Of a DNA stretch of 64,000 nucleotides, positions 31,331 through 40,799 are shown in pieces. Each line of letters opens with the position of its first letter. The stretch's first letter is position 1. The notes beneath the pieces were generated by a model, which saw only the letters and a list, made by a program, of their open reading frames with translations, was not told where the DNA came from and searched no databases. Made by a program: the position numbers and the translations under genes. This DNA is from Longimicrobiales bacterium (lineage in GTDB: Bacteria; Gemmatimonadota; Gemmatimonadetes; Longimicrobiales; Gaopeijiaceae): assembly GCA_963664435.2 (NCBI GenBank), contig CAXXKM010000002.1, positions 64,001-128,000 on the forward strand, in the 5' to 3' direction.

Positions 31331-32278
31331 TCAGCCCTCCGGACCCTGCCCCGCCTCCTGCTCGTCGCTGGACAGCGTGCCGATGCTCTTCACGACCAGC
31401 GTGCCTGAACCCTCGTTGGTGAAGATTTCGCGCAGGAGGCTGTCGCGCGCGCTGCCGGAGATCAGGTGCACGCGCGGAACGCCGCCCTCCATGGCACTCT
31501 CGATGGCCGACGCCTTGGCCAGCATTCCCCGGGCGAGCACACCCTGCTCGCGCAGGTCGCGGAGCCCCGCGAGATCCAGGTAGGAGATCAGCGTCGCCGG
31601 ATCCTCGAGAACCCGGAGGATGCCGGGCGCCGCCATGGTGAATACGAGCTTCGTGGCCTCGAGCGCCTGTGCGAGCGCGCTCGCCACCGTGTCGGCGTTG
31701 ATGTTCAGGAGCCGCCCCTCCGAGTCCGCCGAAAGCGGGCTCACCACCGGCACCCATCCCTGTTCCAGGAAGACGTGCAGCGACGAGGGGTCGACGGACT
31801 CGATGTCTCCCACGAAGCCGAAGTCCACCGGATCCGGGCCCTCGCCTTCCATCTGCACGGGAGGGCGCCGCGTGGCCGTCACCAGACCGGCATCGACCCC
31901 GGAGACACCGACGGCCCGAATCCCCTGCTTCCGGCAAGCGCCCAGCAGGGTCGTGTTCACCTCGCCGCTCAGCACCTGGGTGGCGACGCGCAGGTCCTCG
32001 GAACGCGTCACCCGGCGGCCTGCCACCATGCGCGGCTCGTGGCCCAGCCGGCGCGCCAGAGCGGTTGACTGCGGCCCGCCTCCGTGCACCAGCACCAGCC
32101 GCACGCCAAGGGCGTTCAGGATCCCGACCTGTTCCATCAGAGCATCGATGCGCCCGGAACTCCGCAGGATCTCGCCGCCCAGCTTGAGGACGAAGATGCG
32201 TTCGCGGAAGAGGCGCACGTAGGGCGCGGCCGCGCGCAGGCCGGCAAAGCCCCGGTCGGTCGCCCGCGAGCGCTTCAA
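31331..32278 (-). CDS. argB: Acetylglutamate kinase
   Basis: 'VLKLGG', 'VHGGGPQ', 'DFGFVG', 'NINADT' and 'GMLAK'; TTG start overlaps the argD stop. Confidence 0.93.
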   Translation of the reverse strand: MKRSRATDRGFAGLRAAAPYVRLFRERIFVLKLGGEILRSSGRIDALMEQVGILNALGVRLVLVHGGGPQSTALARRLGHEPRMVAGRRVTRSEDLRVATQVLSGEVNTTLLGACRKQGIRAVGVSGVDAGLVTATRRPPVQMEGEGPDPVDFGFVGDIESVDPSSLHVFLEQGWVPVVSPLSADSEGRLLNINADTVASALAQALEATKLVFTMAAPGILRVLEDPATLISYLDLAGLRDLREQGVLARGMLAKASAIESAMEGGVPRVHLISGSARDSLLREIFTNEGSGTLVVKSIGTLSSDEQEAGQGPEG

Positions 32279-33465
32279 GCTGGCTCCTCCAGCAGGGCGC
32301 GCAGGGCTTCGGCGAGTTGCGCTGCTTCTGACGCCCGCAGCGTAAGCGGAGGCATGACCCGCAGCCATGCCGGATCCGAGCTGGTTCCCGCAAGGATGTC
32401 GCGGTCAAGCAATGCGTCGCGTATCTCGCGCGCGGTGGTTCTGCACTCGAGCCCGAGCAGCATGCCGCGGCCGCGAATCCCGAGCACGGGACCCGCAACG
32501 CAGCTGCCGCGAATCTCTTGCTCGCGCATCGCCACCCGCTCCAGAAGCCCCTCGTCGCGGATGGTGTCCAGCACCGCTTCGATGACCGCGCACGCGAGCG
32601 GTCCTCCCCCGAAGGTGCTCCCCATGTCCCCGATTCGCAGCTGATCGCCCAGAGCTCGCGACATGATGAGGGCGCTGCAGGGGAACCCGGCGCCGAGCGC
32701 TTTCGCCGTGGTGAGCACGTCCGGAACGACGCCGGCGTGCTCGATTGCGAAGGGCTTTCCGCTCCGCCCCATCCCGCACTGCACCTCGTCCGCGATCAGC
32801 AGGGCGCCGTGGCGGTCGCAGGCCGCGCGGAGGGCACGCACATAGTCCGTTTCGAGCACGTACGCGCCCGCGATGCCCTGGATGGGCTCAAGGATGACGG
32901 CGGCGGTCCCGTCGTCGATGGCGGCAACCGCCCGGGCCGCGTCGTCGCGGGGTACGAACGTCACCTCGAACGGGGTGTCCGGGAAGCCGTACCAGCGCTC
33001 GCGGGCCCGCCAGGTCACGGCGGCGGCCGCAGCCGAGCGGCCGTGGAATCCGTGCTCCAAGGCCACCACGCGCCCGCGGCCCGTGCTTCTGCAGGCGAGC
33101 CGCAGTGCGTTCTCGTTGGCCTCCGCCCCCGAATTGACGAAGAAAACGCAGTCGAGATCGGCCGGCGCGAACTCGGCGAGCTTGTCCGCGGCGCGCGCCC
33201 GCACCCTCAAGGCGTTCACGTTGCTGGTGAACATCAGCTCCCCCGCCTGCCGGCGGACCGCTTCCAGCACCTTCGGATGCCCGTAGCCCAGCGCGCACAC
33301 CGCGTGTCCGCCGTAGAGATCGAGCAGCCGGCGCCCGTCCGCACACCTCAGGTACGCGCCCCGGCCCGACACCGGCTCCACCGGCAACTGGCCGTACACC
33401 TGCGCCAGATGGCGCGCTTCGGCCTGGCGCGCGTCCGGGACGAGCGTCGGGGTTGGTGCGCTCAT
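32275..33465 (-). CDS. argD: Acetylornithine aminotransferase (class III PLP)
   Basis: 'NSGAEANE', 'FHGRS', 'DEVQCGMGR', 'AKALGAG' and 'STFGGGP'. Confidence 0.9.
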   Translation of the reverse strand: MSAPTPTLVPDARQAEARHLAQVYGQLPVEPVSGRGAYLRCADGRRLLDLYGGHAVCALGYGHPKVLEAVRRQAGELMFTSNVNALRVRARAADKLAEFAPADLDCVFFVNSGAEANENALRLACRSTGRGRVVALEHGFHGRSAAAAAVTWRARERWYGFPDTPFEVTFVPRDDAARAVAAIDDGTAAVILEPIQGIAGAYVLETDYVRALRAACDRHGALLIADEVQCGMGRSGKPFAIEHAGVVPDVLTTAKALGAGFPCSALIMSRALGDQLRIGDMGSTFGGGPLACAVIEAVLDTIRDEGLLERVAMREQEIRGSCVAGPVLGIRGRGMLLGLECRTTAREIRDALLDRDILAGTSSDPAWLRVMPPLTLRASEAAQLAEALRALLEEPA

Positions 33466-33520
33466 CTCCGCGCCCGGTGAGGCTTCGCCGCCGCGGTCGA
33501 GGCTCGCCCTGGGCGGGCGT

Positions 33521-34576
33521 TCATATCCACGCCGGGGGCGGGGCGGTCAACCCAGTGGTTTCGGGAAGTCCGTGCAGGACATTCATCCATTGGATCGCCC
33601 CTCCGGCGGCGCCCTTGACCAGGTTGTCGAGCGCCACCGTCACCGCCAGCGCGCCCCGGTTGACCGCGATGGCCAGATGGGCGTGATTGCTGCCCACGAC
33701 GTCCTTCAGCCTCGGCGGAACATCGACCAGGTGCACGAACGGCGCCTTCGCATAGTGGTCCGCATAAGCGTCCCGCACCTGTCTGGCGTCGACGCCGTCG
33801 AGCAGCCGCCCGTGCATCACCATGTAGATTCCGCGCGCGAACGGCCCGGAAGCGGGGACGAAGTGCAGTCGAACGCCCCGGCCGGTCAGCGCCCGCAGGA
33901 TCCCTTCCACCTCCGGCGCATGGCGATGCGCGAGCGGCTTGTAGGCGAACATGTTGGCGTGCCGCGTGGGATGGTGGGTGGTCGGCCTGGGGACGCGGCC
34001 GGCCCCGGTACTGCCCGTCACCGCGCTGACCATCAGGCCGGGATCGACCAGTCCGGGGCGCATCAGGGGCATACTCGCGAGCAGCATGCCGGTCGCGAAG
34101 CATCCGGGATGACCAACGTGGCGGGGCTTGCGGGTGGTGGCGTGCTCCGGCAACAGACTCCGGAACATCGGCATGCGATCCGGGGCGCCGTGCTCGAGCC
34201 CGTACACGCCCTCGTACGCGTCGGCGTCGCGAAAACGAAAATCCGCCGAGACGTCGACCACGCTGGCGGCGCAGTGCCGCTCCTCGCATATGCCCAGAGC
34301 CCGGTCGACCAATCGGGCGCTGGCTCCATGGGCGGCGGTCGAGAAGATGGCGCAGCGGTCTCCGAGCGTGTCGGGAAGCTCGTCCAGGGACGTAAAGCGC
34401 AGCTCCGGCCACGCGCCGCGCAGGTTCGGGAAGACAGCTTCCACCGGCTCGCGCCTCCGGCTTCGCGACACGACCGCGGCCGGCCGGATGCACGGATGGG
34501 ACGCGAGCAGACGCAGCAACTCGCCGCCGACGTAGCCGGATCCGCCGAGCACGATGGCTGGAATCGCCTCAGGCAT
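33521..34576 (-). CDS. argC: N-acetyl-gamma-glutamyl-phosphate reductase
   Basis: 'GGSGYVG', 'DVSADFR', 'PGCFAT', 'HRHAPE' and 'DNLVKGAAG'. Confidence 0.95.
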   Translation of the reverse strand: MPEAIPAIVLGGSGYVGGELLRLLASHPCIRPAAVVSRSRRREPVEAVFPNLRGAWPELRFTSLDELPDTLGDRCAIFSTAAHGASARLVDRALGICEERHCAASVVDVSADFRFRDADAYEGVYGLEHGAPDRMPMFRSLLPEHATTRKPRHVGHPGCFATGMLLASMPLMRPGLVDPGLMVSAVTGSTGAGRVPRPTTHHPTRHANMFAYKPLAHRHAPEVEGILRALTGRGVRLHFVPASGPFARGIYMVMHGRLLDGVDARQVRDAYADHYAKAPFVHLVDVPPRLKDVVGSNHAHLAIAVNRGALAVTVALDNLVKGAAGGAIQWMNVLHGLPETTGLTAPPPAWI

Positions 34577-35627
34577 GAGCGCCCAGCCCGATGCGGGCGG
34601 CGACGGCGTCTCCGAGCCGGGCGCCGTGCGTCATCGCGTTCACTCCGTCCAGCCCGGTCCTTTCCCTGATGATGTCGAGCCCGACCCTGTTGTCGGTAGC
34701 GGGCCCCGTGATGAGAGCAGGCGACATCCCGAACTCCTCCTCGAGCAGCCTCGCGCCCCCCCAGGCAGCGACCGGATCGGACGCGCACAGGAGCAGGCAC
34801 GAGATGTTTTCGCGCACCGCGTCGTCCCGCAGGATGGCCTCCACGCCGTATGCCCCGAGGATTCCGTCCCCCAACTCGAACACGATCGCGTCGGGCCGTT
34901 CGCTCGCGAGCAGTCGCAACATGGTGCGCGCCAGGTCGGGCGCGTTCCCGGGCCCGGTGCTGACCACGCCGAAGTCGGTGAAAATGGCGGTGTTGCGCGC
35001 GCCAGCGTCCTCCATGGCCAGGATGTCGCGCCGCAGCGAGACCCCGGTCGCCTTGAAGGCGTCGACCACATGCCCCATGTGCCGCAGGCGCCCGATCACC
35101 GCGCATGCCGCCGCCGTCTTGCCGGAGTTCATGCAGGTGCCGGCAAGGGCTACCACGGGGACGCCTTCCAGTTCCAGTCCGGGCCGGACGTCCAGCGGGT
35201 CGCCGCCCACCCGGGCCGGCACGCCCACGCGCTCGCCGAGATAGGGGAACTCCAGCACCACTCCAAGCACACGCGCGTCGAAGGGCTGTCCCAGGGAGGC
35301 GTTGACGGCGTCGCATATTCCCAGCACGCCGCCCATGTTCAGGATCTGCACGATGTCGCCCGGCCGCGTGGTCTCGGGCACGTAGCCGGAATAGCCGAAC
35401 AGCGCCTTGCGGTGGCCCAGCGCGCCCACGATCACATCCCCCCGGCGCACGCGCGCCATGCGCCCGCTGGCCAGCTCGAGCTGGTTGTAGGAGGACTTCT
35501 CGTTCAGCACCTCGACCGCGACCATCACGCCCTCCTCGCTGGGAATGCGGTCGCCCACGCGGATTTCGCGGTCGGCCCCCAGGTCCGAGGCCACGGACGC
35601 CAGCTTGTCGATGACGATGCTACGCAT
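34569..35627 (-). CDS. DUF1611-like P-loop protein embedded in the arg operon
   Basis: 'AGTCMNSGKT', 'KATG...DAGA', 'FTDFG..ST' and 'ELGDG'; overlaps argR and argC by 8 nt each. Confidence 0.75.
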   Translation of the reverse strand: MRSIVIDKLASVASDLGADREIRVGDRIPSEEGVMVAVEVLNEKSSYNQLELASGRMARVRRGDVIVGALGHRKALFGYSGYVPETTRPGDIVQILNMGGVLGICDAVNASLGQPFDARVLGVVLEFPYLGERVGVPARVGGDPLDVRPGLELEGVPVVALAGTCMNSGKTAAACAVIGRLRHMGHVVDAFKATGVSLRRDILAMEDAGARNTAIFTDFGVVSTGPGNAPDLARTMLRLLASERPDAIVFELGDGILGAYGVEAILRDDAVRENISCLLLCASDPVAAWGGARLLEEEFGMSPALITGPATDNRVGLDIIRERTGLDGVNAMTHGARLGDAVAARIGLGAHA

Positions 35628-36096
35628 TGATCCCGCTCCGCGGACTCGTCAGCCCGGCTTCGCGGCGCAGCCGGCCCACCAGGGCGCGCTGCTCGCTGCG
35701 GTTTCGCGTTGCGATGAAGATGGTATCGTCGCCCGACAGCGTCGCCAGGACCTCCTTCCAGCCCATCCGGTCGAGGAAGAGCGCGATGCGCTGGGCGGCG
35801 CCGGTCGCGGTGCGCACCACCGTGAGGTTCGGACCTGCCGCGTGCACCGCGCGCGCATAGCTCGAGAGGGTGCGCCGGTCCTCCTCCGAGAGGTTGAGAG
35901 ACCGCAGGCTGTAGCCATCCGCGCCCTTCATCGCTCCCAACCGGGCCAGGTCGCGGCTGATGCAGGATTGGGTCACTGCGATCCCGCGGTCCCCCAGCAG
36001 TCGCACGAGTTCCGCCTGGCTGGCCACTTCGCGGTTCTCCAGGATGTCCGCGATCACCGCCCGGCGCCGTGCCGGAGCTGTTCGTCGATCTGACAT
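35620..36096 (-). CDS. argR: Arginine repressor
   Basis: 'SQAELV', 'VTQSCISRDL' and 'TLSGDDTIF'; alternative start 36126. Confidence 0.93.
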   Translation of the reverse strand: MSDRRTAPARRRAVIADILENREVASQAELVRLLGDRGIAVTQSCISRDLARLGAMKGADGYSLRSLNLSEEDRRTLSSYARAVHAAGPNLTVVRTATGAAQRIALFLDRMGWKEVLATLSGDDTIFIATRNRSEQRALVGRLRREAGLTSPRSGINA

Positions 36097-36160
36097 TTTG
36101 GCAGAGGGTCGCGGGGAATCCGCCATCGGGCTGCCATTTTGGCAGACGCCATATGACAGA

Positions 36161-36197
36161 ATGGCATACTAATTGTGTTATGCACATGATATGCAGT
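36161..36197 (-). promoter_or_regulatory. AT-rich promoter / ARG-box-like operator
   Basis: TGCATATCATGTGCA and ACAATTAGTATGCC upstream of argR; imperfect match to TGCAT-N4-ATGCA. Confidence 0.5.
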
Positions 36198-36441
36198 CCT
36201 GCGAAATCGTCAACCCCTGCCGGTTCGACGCGGCTGCCGAATCATCATCCGATGGCCCCTTGCGCAATGCCGGTGCGAGTCCGCGAAAGGCTCCGGAATG
36301 CCCCTCGCGTGCGGCGAACCACTCGGGTCGCGCTATCCCGGACAATCTCGTGCAATTCCGGCAGCACCGGGAATGGAGAAATGCCGCCGATTCCGGCAGA
36401 TTACCGGTCCTTTCCAACCGCTTCCCGCACCCGGAGGCTTC

Positions 36442-37608
36442 GTGAGCGATCTCACCAGGCGCGACCTCCTTTCACGGCCGGTGGAGCACGTCGACATCCG
36501 CGCTTTCGACGCCCGCCCGGTCATCGACCAGTACCGGCGCACGGCCATCCAGACCCGCAACCTGGCACGTGCAGCGGACATCTGTTCCGAGATGCTCGCC
36601 GACCGGGACTGCACGGTCATCCTCACCCTCGCGGGGTCGCTCGTGTCCGCGGGCCTCAAGAAGGCGCTGGTGACGCTGATCGATTCCGGCATGGTGGATG
36701 TGGTGGTGTCGACGGGCGCCAACATGGTGGATCAGGACTTCTTCGAGGCCCTGGGGTTCCGGCACTACATGGCGCCCGGCTCGCCCGAGCATCCCGTGGT
36801 GCCCGATGAGCGCCTGCGCGAGTTGGCCATCGACCGCATCTACGACACGTACATCGATGAGAACGAATTGCGCGTTTGCGATCAGACGATGAGGCGCATC
36901 TTCGATCGGCTTCCGCCGCGCCCCCACTCCTCACGTGAAATCCTGACCGCGATGGGCCGCTTTCTCGACGGCGCCTTTCCCACGTCGGAATCCGTGGTGC
37001 TGTCGGCATACCGGCAAGGGGTGCCGATCTTCGTCCCCGCCCTCAGCGACTGCTCCGCCGGCTTCGGCATCGTCCTGCACCAGGCCTCGGCCGCGCGCGC
37101 GGGACGCGAAGCGGTGTCGCTGGACTCGGGGAAGGACTTCCTCGAACTGACCCGGATCAAGCTCGCATCCCGGGCGTCGGGACTGCTGATGCTGGGAGGA
37201 GGAGTCCCCAAGAACTTCGCCCAGGACATCGTCGTGGCCGCGGAAATGCTCCAGGAGGAGGATGCGTCCCCGGGCCGGCCGGCAGTTTCGGACGATGCAG
37301 CCTCCCCAGGGGCAGCGGATTCAACGGATGGGACCGGCGCGGCGACAGCGGCGGAGGTGACGATGCACCGGTACGCCGTGCAGCTCACGGTCGCGGACAG
37401 TCGCGACGGTGCCCTGTCCGGGTCCACACTGCGCGAGGCCACGAGCTGGGGAAAGGTGGAAACCGCGCGCGAACAGATGGTGTTCTGCGAGGCGACGCTG
37501 GGGTTTTCGCTGCTCGCCAGCGACGCCTGGCATCGCCGGGCCTGGGAAGGCCGGCCCGCACGCAGGTTCGCGGATTGGCTGGATGAGCGCGCGGGCGCGA
37601 CGATGTGA
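36442..37608 (+). CDS. Deoxyhypusine synthase-like protein
   Basis: 'STGAN', 'IDRIYD', 'GGGVPKNF', 'DGALSGST' and 'EATSWGKV'; GTG start after GGAGG. Confidence 0.9.
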   Translation: MSDLTRRDLLSRPVEHVDIRAFDARPVIDQYRRTAIQTRNLARAADICSEMLADRDCTVILTLAGSLVSAGLKKALVTLIDSGMVDVVVSTGANMVDQDFFEALGFRHYMAPGSPEHPVVPDERLRELAIDRIYDTYIDENELRVCDQTMRRIFDRLPPRPHSSREILTAMGRFLDGAFPTSESVVLSAYRQGVPIFVPALSDCSAGFGIVLHQASAARAGREAVSLDSGKDFLELTRIKLASRASGLLMLGGGVPKNFAQDIVVAAEMLQEEDASPGRPAVSDDAASPGAADSTDGTGAATAAEVTMHRYAVQLTVADSRDGALSGSTLREATSWGKVETAREQMVFCEATLGFSLLASDAWHRRAWEGRPARRFADWLDERAGATM

Positions 37609-37615
37609 CGCCCGG

Positions 37616-39196
37616 CTACCCCCTCGCGATCTCCTCCGCGGCCATCAGCGACAGCGCGCAGAAGGTGAGGGTTCCGTTGGCGCAGCCGCTCGAGACGATC
37701 GTGGGCGCGCCCACCACGAACAGGTTCTCGTGGTCGTGGGTTCGCCCCCGGGCATCCACCACGCTGGTCGCCGGATCGTCGCCCATCCGGCAGCCCCCGC
37801 CGGGATGCTCGAAGAGGCGTGACGCCCGCGTGCTCATCATGCGCCCGCCCGCCGCGCGCGCGAGTTCATCGAAGCGGCCCAGGAGCGTCTCGTGCGTGTG
37901 GGGTTCCAGGTCGAGGGTGGCCTGACCCGCGGCGTAGTCGATACGGGGCATCGGATCCCCGTGGCTGTTGCGCATGGCGGAGTCGAGGGTCAGGCGGCTC
38001 TCCGGGGTGGGAATCACGTCGTAGTACGACCGGATGCGGGCCGTCGCGGTGGACCGGGTGCGCGCGCGCCAGTCCGCCATCACCTCGTCACCCCAGAGGA
38101 CCCGACCATCGTCCGCCGCAAGGCGGGCCTCCCGGCCCACGGTCGATTCCCACAGGCGGATGTCGTGACGCAGATAGCGGTCCAGCGGCCCCGGACTCGC
38201 GAAGCGGTGCGACAGCAGGCTGTTGTTGGGAAAGATCCCCGGATAGAGCCGCATGGGCAGTTCGATGAAACCGCTGGCGAACCAGTGTCCGGTCATGTAG
38301 CGGCCCACGTTGTCCGTTCTGTTGGCCAGGCCGTTGGGGAAGCGGGTGTTGGCGGACATCAGAAGGAGATGCGAACTCCACGCGTGACCGGCCGCCAGCA
38401 CGAAGGTTCGGGCCCGGAATTGTACGGGCTCGTCCGCGGCGTCCTGATGAAAGCCTGTCGCGGACGCGATGCGGTCCGAGCCCGATTCGAGCCCCAGCGA
38501 GCGAATCAGGGTGCGCTCGTTGAGGCGGATTCGCCCCGCCGCAAGCAGCCGGTCGAAGGCGAAATCCGGGGTGTACTTGGCGCCCGTCGGGCACACCGCG
38601 CAGGTGTCGCAGCGCTGGCACACGTTGCGCCCCTGCCACGGCTCGGTGTTGCGCGCCCACGGCTGGGTCCAGAAGGGGATGCCCGCCGCATCCGTCCACT
38701 CGCGCATGCGCCGGAGGTTCCACGAGAGCGGCAGCGGCGGCATCGGATACGGCTGGGAACGGGGATCGTACTCGGGCGGGCCCTGCTCCCCGGCGACGCC
38801 CATCCGCTCCTCGGCCTCCTGGTAGAAGGGCTCGAGGTCGTCGAAGGAGATGGGCCAGTCGTACCCGACCCCATAGAGGGAGCGCACCCGGAAATCCCCC
38901 GGCGAATACCGGGGCACGGCGCCCCCCCAGTGCATCGCGGCGCCCCCCAGGACCATCGACTGGTACATCTCGCCGGTGCCGGTCTGGCCGGGGATGTGGT
39001 CGTTCGGGTAGGGATTCTCGCCGTACGCGAGCATGCGCGCCCGGGTCGCCGTTCTCTCCTCGAGAGATGCCGTACGGCCCCCTGCCTCCACGACCGTGAT
39101 GGATGCCTCGGTGGTTTCGGCAAGACGCTCCGCGACCATGGCCGCGCTGATGCCGCCTCCGATGATGCAGACGTCGCTCTCGATGACCTGGCTCAT
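37616..39196 (-). CDS. GMC family flavoprotein oxidoreductase
   Basis: 'IIGGGISA' Rossmann motif, 'CQRCDTCAVCP', 'HPGGGCRMG' and 'ANGTLT'. Confidence 0.9.
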   Translation of the reverse strand: MSQVIESDVCIIGGGISAAMVAERLAETTEASITVVEAGGRTASLEERTATRARMLAYGENPYPNDHIPGQTGTGEMYQSMVLGGAAMHWGGAVPRYSPGDFRVRSLYGVGYDWPISFDDLEPFYQEAEERMGVAGEQGPPEYDPRSQPYPMPPLPLSWNLRRMREWTDAAGIPFWTQPWARNTEPWQGRNVCQRCDTCAVCPTGAKYTPDFAFDRLLAAGRIRLNERTLIRSLGLESGSDRIASATGFHQDAADEPVQFRARTFVLAAGHAWSSHLLLMSANTRFPNGLANRTDNVGRYMTGHWFASGFIELPMRLYPGIFPNNSLLSHRFASPGPLDRYLRHDIRLWESTVGREARLAADDGRVLWGDEVMADWRARTRSTATARIRSYYDVIPTPESRLTLDSAMRNSHGDPMPRIDYAAGQATLDLEPHTHETLLGRFDELARAAGGRMMSTRASRLFEHPGGGCRMGDDPATSVVDARGRTHDHENLFVVGAPTIVSSGCANGTLTFCALSLMAAEEIARG

Positions 39197-39777
39197 GACG
39201 CGACTCCCGGCAGCGGGGCGGGTTCGTTTCCGGCCGAGGCGAGACCCCGGCACTGCTGTTTGGCGATGGCCCGGCCGTAGCAGATGTCGGTCGCGATCGG
39301 GGAGGCGAAGAAGTGGGCCGCGAGCGCGAGCGCGACGTGGGCGGCGTTCCCCGGCCGGCCGAGGTCGGGACCGGCCCGGCGCACATGCGGCTCCAGGACC
39401 GATCGCCGCTCGGGAACCCCGATCTCGCCGAACGAGGCCCCGAATCGCTTGCGGCTCTCGATGTCCAGCCCCCGCAGCTGCGCGGCCCAGCCCGGCCGCG
39501 GATCCGGGCCCGTGTAGACCGTCTCCGGCACCAGGTATGGGTGGGCCATCTCCGCCACCGGCTCCAGTCCTTCCGACCAGAGCTCGAAGGCGGCCACCGC
39601 CCGCTCGCGGCCGTCCGCTCCCAGCTCTTCGGGCAGCATCGTCTCCCCCACGGCACGCAACGTGGCGGGGAGGAGCGCGTCCGGACGCTCCGCCGACATC
39701 GGTGCACAACCTGGCAACGACACCACGGCGACCGAGGCCGCCGACTGTTTCAGGAAGGTTCTGCGTGACTCGGCCAT
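39193..39777 (-). CDS. Tat-signal small subunit of the GMC dehydrogenase (gluconate 2-DH subunit-3-like)
   Basis: 'SRRTFLK'; stop overlaps the GMC start (ATGA). Confidence 0.65.
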   Translation of the reverse strand: MAESRRTFLKQSAASVAVVSLPGCAPMSAERPDALLPATLRAVGETMLPEELGADGRERAVAAFELWSEGLEPVAEMAHPYLVPETVYTGPDPRPGWAAQLRGLDIESRKRFGASFGEIGVPERRSVLEPHVRRAGPDLGRPGNAAHVALALAAHFFASPIATDICYGRAIAKQQCRGLASAGNEPAPLPGVAS

Positions 39778-39796
39778 CGGGGGTTCTCTCCTTGGG

Positions 39797-40540
39797 TTAC
39801 CCGGGCTGCGGGGCTTCGCCGGCTGACGGCGCGGCCAACGACAGGAAGTCCTTCGCCATCGCGGGCCCGGCGGCTTCGTCCTCGTGCTTGAAGAACACGA
39901 AGGCGTCTTTCCAGCCCTGCCGCCCGATGCGCTCCATCCATCCCCTCAGTTCATCGCGGGTGTAGCCGAGGCGGCGCATGCGCAGATAGCCCCGGGTGCC
40001 GGAAGCCAGCGGAGCGTCCGGGGGCACGCCCGGCAGCGGCTCGTCCACGTCCGCGTGCACCAGCGCGAAGTCGCGGTCGGCCAGCAGGGTTCGGACCTCG
40101 TCGTCGAACCAGGAGGGGTTGCGGAACTCGAACGCGGCGGGGGTGCCGTCGGGAAGCAGGTTCAGGAAGGCGGCCAGCCGTGACGCATCCTTCTTCATGT
40201 TGGGAGGCAGCTGGAACAGGATCACACCCAGGCGCGGCCCCAGGGTGGCGCAGGTTTCGACCAGGTAGGTGGTCTCGTCGGTGCTCGAGAGCCCGAGGCG
40301 CTTGAAGTGCGTGATCCGGCGCGACGCCTTGATCGAGAAGCGGAAGTCCTCAGGCACCTGCTCGGCCCATTTCGCCAGCAGGTCCACTTTGGGCAGCCGG
40401 TAGAAGGTGTTGTTGATCTCGACGGCGGGGAGCTCGCCGGCGTAGTGCGACAGGAAGGCCCGCTGCGGCAGCTTCTCCGGGTAGAACCGGCCCTTCCATT
40501 CCTTGTAGGCGAAGCCGCTGGTTCCCGTCCAGATGCGCAT
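39797..40540 (-). CDS. DUF72 protein
   Basis: 'GTSGFAYKEW', 'VEINNTFY', 'FQLPP' and 'FEFRNPSW'. Confidence 0.92.
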   Translation of the reverse strand: MRIWTGTSGFAYKEWKGRFYPEKLPQRAFLSHYAGELPAVEINNTFYRLPKVDLLAKWAEQVPEDFRFSIKASRRITHFKRLGLSSTDETTYLVETCATLGPRLGVILFQLPPNMKKDASRLAAFLNLLPDGTPAAFEFRNPSWFDDEVRTLLADRDFALVHADVDEPLPGVPPDAPLASGTRGYLRMRRLGYTRDELRGWMERIGRQGWKDAFVFFKHEDEAAGPAMAKDFLSLAAPSAGEAPQPG

Positions 40541-40799
40541 GGCGGAATGATGCACGGGAGTCGGGAGTTGCGCCAGACGAGAGGAACGGGCGTCCCCGCG
40601 AATGGGGCTTGCGTCCCGGCGATGAGACGAGCGGTCGGCGGCTCTTGTGTCCGCTCCCGTTCGCGATAGTGTTCAACGGCCACTGCATCGCGTCGCAGAG
40701 GACAAAACCAATGGGCAATGTGCAGAAACACGCCGATTTGTGGGAAAAGAGGGGCATAAATGTGGGAAAGCTGTCGGATAAGGAGACGGAGGGGTGCCG

